Shown piece by piece: positions 49,127 through 59,367 of a DNA stretch of 64,000 nucleotides. A program made the position numbers and the translations under genes. The DNA is taken from the IMG/VR virus record IMGVR_UViG_3300034110_001238. One strand, 5' to 3'. Numbering within the stretch: the stretch's first letter is position 1; each line of letters opens with the position of its first letter. Below the pieces are notes generated by a model that was not told the DNA's origin, did not search any database, and saw only the letters and a program-made list of their open reading frames with translations. This DNA is from an uncultured virus (IMG/VR IMGVR_UViG_3300034110_001238). Its lineage: Duplodnaviria; Heunggongvirae; Uroviricota; Caudoviricetes.

Positions 49127-49852
49127 TTAGATTCCTAACATTTCTATGATGGCTATATCTTCATCAGTTAAATCATTAATCTTACATTTTTTACTATTCA
49201 TATAGAACTTGAACGAATCCAGATTGAGCGGTTTATTATTGAATATTAGTTCATTCTCTTTTTCATTAACAATAAAACCTTTAAAATAAATGCCTATAAC
49301 TTTACCTTCTTCTTGATAGGTTTTAACATTTCTTATCTGTTTTTCATTCATAAATTCAAATGTCCAATGACTGTTTACTTTAACATGTTTTATTCTGTTT
49401 TTAATACTTATCATACCAAAATATATAAATAAGATAGAAGCGATACAATAGATAGCAAAGAAACATCCAATAACAATATGAACAGTGATGTTCATATAAT
49501 CTTTCTCAAAGACACCAATCCATATAAAGAACATTAATATCATAATACATACCTTAAACGACAACATGATAATGAAACTAATGATTTGATAGATATCATT
49601 TTGAGTTTCATTGATACTGGTATAGGTCTTTACCAGAATAGATTTAATTAATAAAACAATATTTAAGAAAATCATTAAAATTAAAGAATACTTAATGATA
49701 GGATGTATAAATGAAACAGCTTCAAAGTAATCATCTCTTCCAATAGCTTGTAGACCAAGAAATAGAATACATACTACTATATTGATTGCATGATAATTGT
49801 AAATATAGAGAGTTGGCAACATGATTGGGGCTTTTATTTTATTTAAATACAT
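49127..49852 (-). CDS. Four-TM membrane protein, MxxI tail
   Basis: Paralog of 49855; YFKGF; ends IIEMLGI. Confidence 0.7.
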   Translation of the reverse strand: MYLNKIKAPIMLPTLYIYNYHAINIVVCILFLGLQAIGRDDYFEAVSFIHPIIKYSLILMIFLNIVLLIKSILVKTYTSINETQNDIYQIISFIIMLSFKVCIMILMFFIWIGVFEKDYMNITVHIVIGCFFAIYCIASILFIYFGMISIKNRIKHVKVNSHWTFEFMNEKQIRNVKTYQEEGKVIGIYFKGFIVNEKENELIFNNKPLNLDSFKFYMNSKKCKINDLTDEDIAIIEMLGI

Positions 49853-49854
49853 CG

Positions 49855-50562
49855 TTATATTCCCAACATTTCAATGACTTTCAGTTCGTCATCATTCAAA
49901 TCATCTAATTTTAAATTATTGAGTGTTATATAGTCTCGAAATGCATTCAATTCAAGTTTATGATTTCTAATTACAACACTTTTATCTATTTCATTAAGAA
50001 GGAAACCTTTAAAATAGACGGAAACTATTTTTCCATTTTCATCAAGTCGTTTACTTTTATTCAGTTGTTGTGTATCTAAATGATCATTAATCCAATGATA
50101 CTTGTCAACAGGAATTAATAAATGATAAAAAATTCCTTTAATTGATAAAAAAATAAATAATCCAACCAAACAAACAAGAGCAGTCATCTGCATTATATAA
50201 TAACAATTGGCAATTTCAAACCAATCTTCTGTTAAATTACCTTCTGCGTTAGCACTTCCAAATACCAAAATATAATGTGAAAATTTTAAAAAAATCATAA
50301 CATAAATTGGAAAAAGTGATATAGTGACAGTTCGATATGTTTTATCAAAAAAACTTTTAATATACATAAATATATTTAGAACAGCTAGCACGCTTAATAC
50401 ATATATCATAGGAATTTCTACATATTTTCTAAGTGATAATATTTCTTTATGAATATTATGTGGCAATGGAATAGAAAGAACAATAACTAAAAGAGATCCA
50501 AAAAACACAAAAGAGTAATAATTCTTGAAATAAAAAAATGGCAATATTGATCTAATATTCAT
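49855..50562 (-). CDS. Four-TM membrane protein, MxxI tail
   Basis: YFKGF; ends VIEMLGI. Confidence 0.7.
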   Translation of the reverse strand: MNIRSILPFFYFKNYYSFVFFGSLLVIVLSIPLPHNIHKEILSLRKYVEIPMIYVLSVLAVLNIFMYIKSFFDKTYRTVTISLFPIYVMIFLKFSHYILVFGSANAEGNLTEDWFEIANCYYIMQMTALVCLVGLFIFLSIKGIFYHLLIPVDKYHWINDHLDTQQLNKSKRLDENGKIVSVYFKGFLLNEIDKSVVIRNHKLELNAFRDYITLNNLKLDDLNDDELKVIEMLGI

Positions 50563-50689
50563 AAATACTCCATAACAGTCAAAGAAGTATAATATATAAT
50601 CTTAAATAAGACAATATTTTTTTACAAAAAAGCCTTTATTTTAGTAAAATACTATGATATTATAGGGAAATAACTAGGAGAGTAGTGAA

Positions 50690-50890
50690 ATGAAAAAGAA
50701 AAAGAATCAACAGCAACAAGAGTCAAGAAATTTCGTTGCTAAATATATGCATGAAATGGGTAACTGTGGTCTTCGTGTTGTAGAAGATAAAAAAGCTAAA
50801 TCAAAACGTGGAGAAGGTAAAAACTCCTTTAATAAGGCTTCTTTGAGAAAAGACTCACATGAAGCCTCTGCACGCTCATCAAACGCATAA
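50690..50890 (+). CDS. Small basic protein, possibly ArfA-like
   Basis: AGGAG SD; RNFVAK...RVVEDKKAKSKRG. Confidence 0.55.
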   Translation: MKKKKNQQQQESRNFVAKYMHEMGNCGLRVVEDKKAKSKRGEGKNSFNKASLRKDSHEASARSSNA

Positions 50891-50896
50891 ACGCAA

Positions 50897-51403
50897 TCAG
50901 AATTGCTTTTCTTTCTCAATATCTAACAATCTCTTCTTTCTAAACACATCCCATCTATAACCTGTATTCTTATCACTCTTACTGACAACTCTATGACACG
51001 GCACCAATACGGCTATCTTATTCTTGCTGCAGGCTGTTGCAACGGCTCGGACAGATTGTGGTTTACCTAATGATTCAGCTATTTCAGTATAACTAGCCGT
51101 TTTACCAGCAGGTATTTTCATGATCTTATTCCAGACAGCTATTTGAAAATCTGAGCCATCCATGTGTATTTCTACGGAATGAGGTCTAACTGGATTTTTG
51201 ACGTGATTAAAGATTTCTCTCATATTGTCATTAAGAATACCTTCTTCTATTTTGAAATTAGGATACTCTTTTTTTAAATTATAAATGTTATCTTCTTTTG
51301 TGTTATCAAGACTGACAAAAACAACTTGATTGGCTGAGTTGATGGCTATCAATATATTGTCCAAGTTTAGACTGTCTTCCAAAAAATAAGTGAGTGTTTT
51401 CAT
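50897..51403 (-). CDS. ogt: Methylated-DNA--protein-cysteine methyltransferase
   Basis: FQIAVW, RAVATAC and PCHRV. Confidence 0.9.
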   Translation of the reverse strand: MKTLTYFLEDSLNLDNILIAINSANQVVFVSLDNTKEDNIYNLKKEYPNFKIEEGILNDNMREIFNHVKNPVRPHSVEIHMDGSDFQIAVWNKIMKIPAGKTASYTEIAESLGKPQSVRAVATACSKNKIAVLVPCHRVVSKSDKNTGYRWDVFRKKRLLDIEKEKQF

Positions 51404-51519
51404 AATTTTCTCGATAGTTAGGTGATGATATAATAACACCAATCGAAAAAAAAACAACCCGAAGGTTGTTCTATGTTGATGTATGGTAATCTTGTAACAA
51501 TAACGATATAATTAGGACA

Positions 51520-52368
51520 TCAGCTATGTAAATCAAGCTTATAATCAGCCGGTTCATATTCTTGTATTATACCATCAATAGATGTCCAAAAACGTGAAAG
51601 TAAGCATTTTGGATAATCTTGTCCGACTTCATAATAATATTCAATAGCGATAGAATCATTTTTCTTTATCTGATGTAGAGCAATGTCTTTACTATCATCA
51701 TCAAAACCCGGATATCTATCACTTTTCATGATACAGTATTCACCAGAAGGATGCAGTTTCTTTACAATGGATTTGAATCCCTGATCAGTCACAACCATAT
51801 AACGTTTTGAATAAACGGCCCCATCAATCATTTTTTCGTAACTGAATAATTTATTTTTGAAATAAATAGTCCCACTGCTGCCTGTTTCAGCTTGCATAAT
51901 TTTTCTAACATTTGAACCAAATAGCAAACCTGCATATTTTTCGACTGGATTGTACTCATTGAACAACTTAACTAACTTTTCTGATGTTTCAAGTGGAACG
52001 CCTATTTTCTTAAAGTCATCTAATTTATCAATATGTTCGCTGCCAAAATAAATAGAGTAGCCTTCATCTTCATTCCAGCCGATAATGTCAATAATCATAT
52101 TACCAAAATCTACATAGATACGAGATTTCGCAATAGCCTTTTCGTTATTGATAATGTCTTTGTATTTTTGAATGAATTCAGCTTCTCTGGAAATCGACTC
52201 TTTTTCAAGGATGGCTTGTAGTTCAAAATAGTTAGCGGCTCCTAATGTTTCAGAAAACAGTTCCTGAGCTTGTGCTAGTGTAATTTTTAGACCATATTTT
52301 TCTGCATTTTTTTGAAGTCTTTTGGTGTAGCGATTAAAATTTTTCGAATTGATACTGATGTTTGACAT
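51520..52368 (-). CDS. Protein with an N-terminal glyoxalase-superfamily-like (Glyoxalase_8-type) helical domain
   Basis: KRLQK...ITLAQAQELFSETLGAANYFEL. Confidence 0.5.
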   Translation of the reverse strand: MSNISINSKNFNRYTKRLQKNAEKYGLKITLAQAQELFSETLGAANYFELQAILEKESISREAEFIQKYKDIINNEKAIAKSRIYVDFGNMIIDIIGWNEDEGYSIYFGSEHIDKLDDFKKIGVPLETSEKLVKLFNEYNPVEKYAGLLFGSNVRKIMQAETGSSGTIYFKNKLFSYEKMIDGAVYSKRYMVVTDQGFKSIVKKLHPSGEYCIMKSDRYPGFDDDSKDIALHQIKKNDSIAIEYYYEVGQDYPKCLLSRFWTSIDGIIQEYEPADYKLDLHS

Positions 52369-52623
52369 AATTATTCTCCATTAAAATAGTTTTATAATTC
52401 GACAAATAGGAATCAACTTATTTTAAGGATCAATTAAGTTGGTTGTTTGATTAATTAAAGTTTAATCATTGATACCAGTTCGGTTTCGCCATCTAGCCTA
52501 TTTAGCACGCTCTCAATAAAGCATTGAACCAATTATAGCTAAAATATAAAAAAAGTCAACAAAAACTTGATAAAAATAGTCGGTTCATGTATAATCCATA
52601 ACAATATATAGAGGTATCTGACG

Positions 52624-53199
52624 ATGACACTTGAAGAAAAAATTTTAGACATTCTTAAAAAAGATAAAAAAGATGTGAGAATACCTGAACCTGACAATAA
52701 AACAGATTCAGAGATTTGGCTTTATACTCATAAAGACAAAGATAATTCATTCCAGATTTTTTTTGCAAATTTAACTGATGGAAATATGGCCCATATCAGA
52801 AGAGATGAGGACTCAGAAAATTATGATAAAGTTTTTGAAGCGTCGAATAAGGAATTCTATGATAAAATTATTGAAGTCTATGAAGAAAACATGGCTTTTT
52901 TCAATAAATATAAATCCATTATAAAAAATGATAGAAACGTTCGTATTTATCTAGAAGATCCTTATTTTTACTACAACAAGCGTTCTAAAACATTGTATGC
53001 TATTCCCACAATAAAAGTTAAAACGATTGCTGCGTCATTTTCGTTTTATCTCTATCCAAGTCAACTAAAAAAAATAAATATTGCTGTTGATAAAATTTAC
53101 GAAGATTTTTATCAGCACCTTTTTCAATGCTTTTTACAAAAACCACTGAATAAGTATTCGGAAGAAGAATTGACATTGTTCCATATGATTAAAATTTAA
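52624..53199 (+). CDS. Hypothetical protein, MxxI tail
   Basis: Ends HMIKI. Confidence 0.7.
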   Translation: MTLEEKILDILKKDKKDVRIPEPDNKTDSEIWLYTHKDKDNSFQIFFANLTDGNMAHIRRDEDSENYDKVFEASNKEFYDKIIEVYEENMAFFNKYKSIIKNDRNVRIYLEDPYFYYNKRSKTLYAIPTIKVKTIAASFSFYLYPSQLKKINIAVDKIYEDFYQHLFQCFLQKPLNKYSEEELTLFHMIKI

Positions 53200-53211
53200 G
53201 GATTCTCTAGA

Positions 53212-54000
53212 ATGAAAGAACAAGATATCAAACACATTGAAGCTATTAATGATTTTTTTGGAAAATCTATTCGCTCTGAATACAGCACTGTAAGAAATGA
53301 ACGTGGTGATTACCATGTCATGAATATTTCACCGTTTGACAATAAAATAATTCGTTGTCATTTTAAAAAGTTTGCATATCCTGTAACAATAGCGGAAACA
53401 ATCTATAAGAATAATTGTAGTTTTCATTTAACTAATATGAGCGATGTCGATGTTTCATACATTTTTAGAGACAACGATTATAATTATGATATAGTTGAAA
53501 AAGTTATCAACGCTTTATTTAAGTTAGGTCAAGAATTTAGCTTTTATACTGAAATGTCACCTATTCAAAACATTAAATTGGAAAATAACTTCAACAAGAA
53601 TGGTATTCAAAAGGCTGTAATTGTTCCAACGGTAACAAAATTGACACTTTCATCAATACTAGCGGATAAAAGTGCCAGTGGGATGCCCACAAAGAAAACG
53701 GCAATCGTTCATTTGGCGTTCATGGTTTCAAATGACAATCAACTTCACCCCGTATTAGAATTAGCAATACCCTACTCAGTCTCAAAATTTACTCGATTTT
53801 CAATTCATCTTCACCCATCCAAAAGAGATGAACAAATTAAGCATATTCCTGTTATTTTGAAAGAATTTGAAAATTTACTTATAACACATTTGGATTTTGT
53901 GTTAACCAAATTTTTAAAAATTAAGAAAAATGAATTAGCTACCATGACCTTAGAAGATAAAAAGAACTATCTATCTGTTGTTGAGATGGCTAGAATTTAA
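53212..54000 (+). CDS. Paralog array member 1
   Basis: YNY, GQEF, HPV, PY and TLEDK.NY. Confidence 0.8.
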   Translation: MKEQDIKHIEAINDFFGKSIRSEYSTVRNERGDYHVMNISPFDNKIIRCHFKKFAYPVTIAETIYKNNCSFHLTNMSDVDVSYIFRDNDYNYDIVEKVINALFKLGQEFSFYTEMSPIQNIKLENNFNKNGIQKAVIVPTVTKLTLSSILADKSASGMPTKKTAIVHLAFMVSNDNQLHPVLELAIPYSVSKFTRFSIHLHPSKRDEQIKHIPVILKEFENLLITHLDFVLTKFLKIKKNELATMTLEDKKNYLSVVEMARI

Positions 54001-54084
54001 ATTTAACGATATTAAAGAAGGTGTCAAAAAATGAATGAACCCAATTATAAAATAGCTTTTGATAAACTACTAAGTGGATATTAG

Positions 54085-54888
54085 ATGACAGAGTTCGATA
54101 AAGAAAAAAAATACAAAAAAGCTTTTCATCATTTCTTGGGAAAAATGTTAAATCCTGCTTATACAAGAATTGAGAGTGGGATGACTGATAGTTTAACGCA
54201 TATTTTAAAAAATGATAACTTTCCTAATCGCAAAGCGATTTCGTGTGTTTTCACTCATCATGCTAAATTAGAAAAAGTAGGTGAGACATATTATGATACG
54301 TCCTGCAAGTTTCAGTTTCAAAACATGCCAAGTGATGATTTAACAAAACTATTCAATAACAATACTTATAATTATGAATTAATTCAACAAGTTTTAATGG
54401 AATTTATAAAAATAGGTCAAGAATTTAAATTTTTTACAACATACACACCTATTAACGATTTTAAAATAAGTGACAGTTACAGTAAAGGCGTCTATTATTG
54501 TTCGGAATCTGTAAGAGCATTGACAAAGATAACATTAACCAGTTTGATTGCAGCAAAAACCCTCAATGGTCATGAAAAGAAAAAAACAGTCATTTATCAT
54601 CTTGGATTTAAAGTATCAGTGAATAATAGAATCGAGCCTGTCTTGAGTCTATCTATCCCTTATACAATGAACAAGTCTATGCTGGTTTCAATTAACATTC
54701 ACCCTTCAAAAAAAGAAGAAATGATAAAAACAATACCGTCAATATTAAGTGATTTCAAAATATTGTTAACTGAGCATATCGATATTCTTTTAAATAAATC
54801 GCTAAAACTCAAAAAAGCAGATATACTGAAATTAACCTTAGAAGAAAAAATGAGCTATCTGCCATTAGTAGAGATGGTTAAATTTTAA
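54085..54888 (+). CDS. Paralog array member 2
   Basis: Same motifs. Confidence 0.8.
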   Translation: MTEFDKEKKYKKAFHHFLGKMLNPAYTRIESGMTDSLTHILKNDNFPNRKAISCVFTHHAKLEKVGETYYDTSCKFQFQNMPSDDLTKLFNNNTYNYELIQQVLMEFIKIGQEFKFFTTYTPINDFKISDSYSKGVYYCSESVRALTKITLTSLIAAKTLNGHEKKKTVIYHLGFKVSVNNRIEPVLSLSIPYTMNKSMLVSINIHPSKKEEMIKTIPSILSDFKILLTEHIDILLNKSLKLKKADILKLTLEEKMSYLPLVEMVKF

Positions 54889-54912
54889 AAATTAGGACAA
54901 TAGGATTTAAAC

Positions 54913-55686
54913 ATGAATAAAGAAAATAGGTATAAAGAAGCCTTTAATAAACTGTTAGCGGCAAAAACACCAGAAAATCGTGTTGTTTACAGACAACATG
55001 GGATTCAACATGAGTTAGTGAGTATTAACGATTCAGTTAACTATTATATAAATGCTAGCTTTTATCCGAGTAGGCCAAATAGTCAAGAAATTTATCAAAC
55101 TGACTGCCAAATAAATACACGAGGTGTGCCTTATGATGTATTAAAAGACATTTTTGAATCTCAAAACTACAATTACGAACTAGTTGAAAAAGCCCTACTC
55201 GATTGCTTTGAAATAGGTCAATCATTTAGTTTCTTCAACACGATGCAAGATATCAAAAACATTAAGCTACATGACAGCTTTGATTATAGCTACGATGAGC
55301 CACGTATCACGGTTAAAAATATAAGTAAATTAAACTTAGCCAGTTTTTTGAAACCTAGAAATGATGGTAAACCACTCAACAAGGTTGTCAGTCATAGTGT
55401 TCGTTTTTTTGTAAGCGATGATAATGAAATACATCCTGTTATGTATTTAACAATTCCTTATTGTTCATCATCTAGCTTCACGATAAAAATTTACTTACAT
55501 TCATCTCAAAAAGAAAGTCAATTAAATAATTTAGAGTTGCAAATAAATGACTTTAAAAGACTGTTAGAATACCATTTAGATTTTTTGTTAAACAAAAGAA
55601 TTAAGTTAGCCAAAGATGAAATAGCTCGCCTAACATTAAAAGAAAAATTAAATTATATACCAATATTAGAAATGAACGCATTTTAG
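54913..55686 (+). CDS. Paralog array member 3
   Basis: Same motifs; ends at TAG. Confidence 0.8.
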   Translation: MNKENRYKEAFNKLLAAKTPENRVVYRQHGIQHELVSINDSVNYYINASFYPSRPNSQEIYQTDCQINTRGVPYDVLKDIFESQNYNYELVEKALLDCFEIGQSFSFFNTMQDIKNIKLHDSFDYSYDEPRITVKNISKLNLASFLKPRNDGKPLNKVVSHSVRFFVSDDNEIHPVMYLTIPYCSSSSFTIKIYLHSSQKESQLNNLELQINDFKRLLEYHLDFLLNKRIKLAKDEIARLTLKEKLNYIPILEMNAF

Positions 55687-55740
55687 TTGATTAAAGTTGT
55701 TTTTTTTGATATAATAGACCTCACGATAGAGGTTTATGAA

Positions 55741-56541
55741 ATGGATGAATCAACAATGTACTTGAATGCTTTTAATAAAATGACACAAAATTTAGTGCCT
55801 TCTGAAAATGAAATTGTTTTAACAGAAGGTGATTTTATAATGACTAATATTAAAAGTATCTATAAACATAAAGGAGAAAATACTAGCACTAGCTTACAAT
55901 ATAACTTTTATCGCTCGAATAGAGCCAAGATTCATGGACACTCATATCCATATATGTGTGAAATAATTGGTAATGATATTAAAGAAGACGTATTAAAAGA
56001 GTTTTTTAATGCTCAAAATTATAATTATCAAGCTATTCATGATACCGTTAAAGCCCTTTTTGAAATTGGTCAAAAGTTTGGCTTCTACAAAGAAATTACC
56101 GACTTAAAACATACAAAAATTGAAGAATTATACACACCTGTAAGAAAAGTTTCCAAAAGTGAGCAAAAACATTTAACAAAAATAACATTTTCTCCCATGA
56201 TGACTGAAAAACGATCAGCCGATAACTTGAAAAAGAAAGTAGCAAAAATTCATAACAACTTTTATCTTTATCAAAATAATGAGATTCAACCTATAGTCAG
56301 TATATCGTTGCCATATAGCTCATCCTACGATTTCTTGGTGAAACTAAATTTACATCCATCACAAGAAGCGGCTCAAAAAGAACATCTAGAACAGGAAAAG
56401 ATTCGTTTTTCGAAGGTCTTAGAAGAACATTTTGAAAGTGTTTTGAAAAGAAAACTTAAAATGAAAAAAGAAGATATTGCGGCCATGACTTTAGAAGAAA
56501 AATTAAATTATCTCATTGTTATAGACATGAACACAATTTGA
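55741..56541 (+). CDS. Paralog array member 4
   Basis: Same motifs; GAGG SD before MDEST. Confidence 0.8.
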   Translation: MDESTMYLNAFNKMTQNLVPSENEIVLTEGDFIMTNIKSIYKHKGENTSTSLQYNFYRSNRAKIHGHSYPYMCEIIGNDIKEDVLKEFFNAQNYNYQAIHDTVKALFEIGQKFGFYKEITDLKHTKIEELYTPVRKVSKSEQKHLTKITFSPMMTEKRSADNLKKKVAKIHNNFYLYQNNEIQPIVSISLPYSSSYDFLVKLNLHPSQEAAQKEHLEQEKIRFSKVLEEHFESVLKRKLKMKKEDIAAMTLEEKLNYLIVIDMNTI

Positions 56542-56577
56542 ATATAATCAAAAAATAAAATACTACTGGAGATATTA

Positions 56578-57396
56578 ATGAGCGAAGAACAAAACAATCT
56601 TATTCAAGTCTGTAAAGACTTTTTTAAAGATCAAGAAATTGATCAAATCAATACAGGTGAAAGCAACCATTATTTTAACAATGCTTTCATCGTAGATATA
56701 AAAGAATCTTCATCTAAGGTAATATTTAGATTTAAGGGTAAAGTTGGATATCCAAATAAATGTGTAGATTATGAAAAAGAGTGTGTTATTGGATTCGAAA
56801 ACATGAACAAAAAAACAGTAAGTGAACTCTTAGGTCCACAACAATATAATTATGCATTCATTGAAAAAGCTATAAAACATTTATATACACTGGGTGAAAA
56901 CTATAAGCTATTTAAAACGTTAAAGCCAGTTAAAAACCTTAGAATTGAACAAACCTTAGTATCAAGAGATTTGTGGACACATTACGAAAACACGCAATTT
57001 GCCAGCACACAAAATATTTCAAATATACAATTCTCAAATTTCTATAAGACTGAATTGCATAAACTAGAAAGAGGTGCAAAAAAATTGAAAGGTAAAAATA
57101 TGACCTTATGCTATCATTTTGTTGTAAGAAACAATGAACTTCATCCAATAGCAATAATTGATTATCCTGTAGCACCAAATGCCAGTATAGAACTCGCATT
57201 TGATATCCACCCTGCTCAGCAACAAGAAGCTGAAGAAAGATTGATCAAATACTCATCTGAACTAAAAGAAAGATTGATTAAACGAGTCAATCAGGTCTTA
57301 AAAAAAGAATTGCAATTTACTAATAAAACATTAGTAACGCTAACAACAGAAGATAAAATTAACTATTTGACAGTTGCTGAAATGTCGGAAATATGA
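56578..57396 (+). CDS. Paralog array member 5
   Basis: Same motifs. Confidence 0.8.
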   Translation: MSEEQNNLIQVCKDFFKDQEIDQINTGESNHYFNNAFIVDIKESSSKVIFRFKGKVGYPNKCVDYEKECVIGFENMNKKTVSELLGPQQYNYAFIEKAIKHLYTLGENYKLFKTLKPVKNLRIEQTLVSRDLWTHYENTQFASTQNISNIQFSNFYKTELHKLERGAKKLKGKNMTLCYHFVVRNNELHPIAIIDYPVAPNASIELAFDIHPAQQQEAEERLIKYSSELKERLIKRVNQVLKKELQFTNKTLVTLTTEDKINYLTVAEMSEI

Positions 57397-57426
57397 TACT
57401 GTTACTGTTAAATTATGGAGCCTTAC

Positions 57427-58272
57427 ATGAATGAAAGTCAAATAACCTGCTTAGACGCCTATTTAAAACTTTTTGAAGGAACCGCTTTTGATAAGCCTTC
57501 GTTTTACGAAGCAAACTCTAGCACAAGCACGGGTGTCGTTGGGGTTATTAAATCAAGAAATAAAGCAGTTAAGCAAAAAGAAATTGATGAAGAAAACGAA
57601 GAAATATATATGGCGTTTAGTTATAATACTGGTTATCGACAAGAAAAAGATGATTTTCAGTATAATGCTTTTTTACAGTTTTCAAATCTCAACAAGAAAT
57701 TTGTAAGTTCGCTGTTTAGTCAAGTTAATTATAATTATGAAATTGTGAATAAAGTCATCAATGATTGTTTCTTAATGGGGCAACAACATGCTTTATTTGA
57801 ATCACTTGAAACAATTAAAGATCCTGCCATTCATCATTACTTCAAAAAAGCGTATCAATTTAAAGGTATATCTCGAAAACTTATTTCAACTGAAACCAAG
57901 ATATCCGAAGTTAATTTTGCCGATTTTTTCAAAACTAAAAACAACACCAAAAATGGTAAGTTAAGAAGTCGAAGAATTACAATAGACTATAAATTTGGTA
58001 TCAGTAATGGTGTTATTCACCCACTGGCAGAAATAACATTTCCCATTTCTATCAGTGACAAAATGCTCATTACCGTTGATATTCATCCAGATGGTCAAGC
58101 GTTTAATGAACGACAACTCGAAAAAACAATGTCTAAGTTAAATATCGTATTAAAAGAAAGAGTTGATATGATTTTAAGAAAAGAATTAAAATTAAAAAAT
58201 AAATATTTATCAACGTTAACTTTTGAAGATAAATTGAATTACTTGAAAGTTGCTGAAATGTCCATGATTTAA
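57427..58272 (+). CDS. Paralog array member 6
   Basis: Same motifs. Confidence 0.8.
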   Translation: MNESQITCLDAYLKLFEGTAFDKPSFYEANSSTSTGVVGVIKSRNKAVKQKEIDEENEEIYMAFSYNTGYRQEKDDFQYNAFLQFSNLNKKFVSSLFSQVNYNYEIVNKVINDCFLMGQQHALFESLETIKDPAIHHYFKKAYQFKGISRKLISTETKISEVNFADFFKTKNNTKNGKLRSRRITIDYKFGISNGVIHPLAEITFPISISDKMLITVDIHPDGQAFNERQLEKTMSKLNIVLKERVDMILRKELKLKNKYLSTLTFEDKLNYLKVAEMSMI

Positions 58273-58283
58273 TCGGAGTATCT

Positions 58284-59072
58284 ATGATCAATGCAGATGT
58301 GGTATTAGCAGCCTATCATGAGATGTTTGATAATACATCCTTTGAAAAGTATTTAAGTCCCAAAGACAAGTATTCCATTTATGAAGTTGTAGGCATTGAT
58401 GAAACAGTTAAATACAATACCAGTACCGTAGCCTGTGTGTTTGCTAAACCTCAACGATTGATTCCCAATATGTTGTATGAATATCATTGTTCGATGAAAT
58501 TTAGATATGTAGAAAATGAAACCATTGATCAGTTATTTGGAAATAAAAACTATGACTATACTTATGTCAGTAATGTTTTTAATGAGTTCAATATTATTGG
58601 CGAACGTTATGGATTTGTCAAAAAAATTGAAATAAAAGATTATTCAGTAGAAGGACAATTTAAAAGTATATTGATTGAAAAAAATAGCTCATTCAAACCG
58701 GCTGGTGTCGTTACTCTTTCAAATGCATTGGTTCAATTCGATCCAGATTATAAAAAAATGGTGTATGCTTGTACAATCAATATCGAGTTGACATTCATAG
58801 TTAAGAATAACAAATTACAGCCAGTATTGATAGTTTCCTATCCTGTATCTGCAAAAAAACGTTACTACCTATATTTAAACATTCATCAGGATAACAAATG
58901 CAATCAAAAAATAGAATTGTTAGAATTTAAAAATGGTTATGAAGTCAAAGTTAAAGAACATATGGATGTTTTACTAAAAAATAATTTTAAAATGACAGTG
59001 GCTGATTTAAAACAACTAACGATGGACGATAAAATAGACTACATGAAAATTATTGAAATGGGCACTATTTAA
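58284..59072 (+). CDS. Paralog array member 7
   Basis: Same motifs. Confidence 0.8.
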   Translation: MINADVVLAAYHEMFDNTSFEKYLSPKDKYSIYEVVGIDETVKYNTSTVACVFAKPQRLIPNMLYEYHCSMKFRYVENETIDQLFGNKNYDYTYVSNVFNEFNIIGERYGFVKKIEIKDYSVEGQFKSILIEKNSSFKPAGVVTLSNALVQFDPDYKKMVYACTINIELTFIVKNNKLQPVLIVSYPVSAKKRYYLYLNIHQDNKCNQKIELLEFKNGYEVKVKEHMDVLLKNNFKMTVADLKQLTMDDKIDYMKIIEMGTI

Positions 59073-59115
59073 AAACCGCTCGGGAGCGGTTTATAGTATT
59101 CAATTTAACTAAGTG

Positions 59116-59304
59116 TTAACCACCATAACAAGATGCAGTTGCATAATACAAATCATTCAACAAATCGACTATTTCATCTTATGTCAAACCTTTTTCAGCT
59201 AACAATGCACCTGCGTCAAGAAAGCTATCTTCTGCACTTGATTTCCAAAAACCATCTTCTGGTATTGCTAATATTGCGTTTTTTAAACTTGTTGATATCG
59301 CCAT
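59116..59304 (-). pseudogene. Small gene with an internal TAA at codon 42
   Basis: AGGAG SD; MAISTSLK...AEKGLT*DEIVDLLNDLLYATASCYGG*. Confidence 0.55.
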
Positions 59305-59367
59305 AATGTATACTCCTAAATTAGTGTGTAAATCATAGCTTATTTAAATAAAATGTCAATATATACG

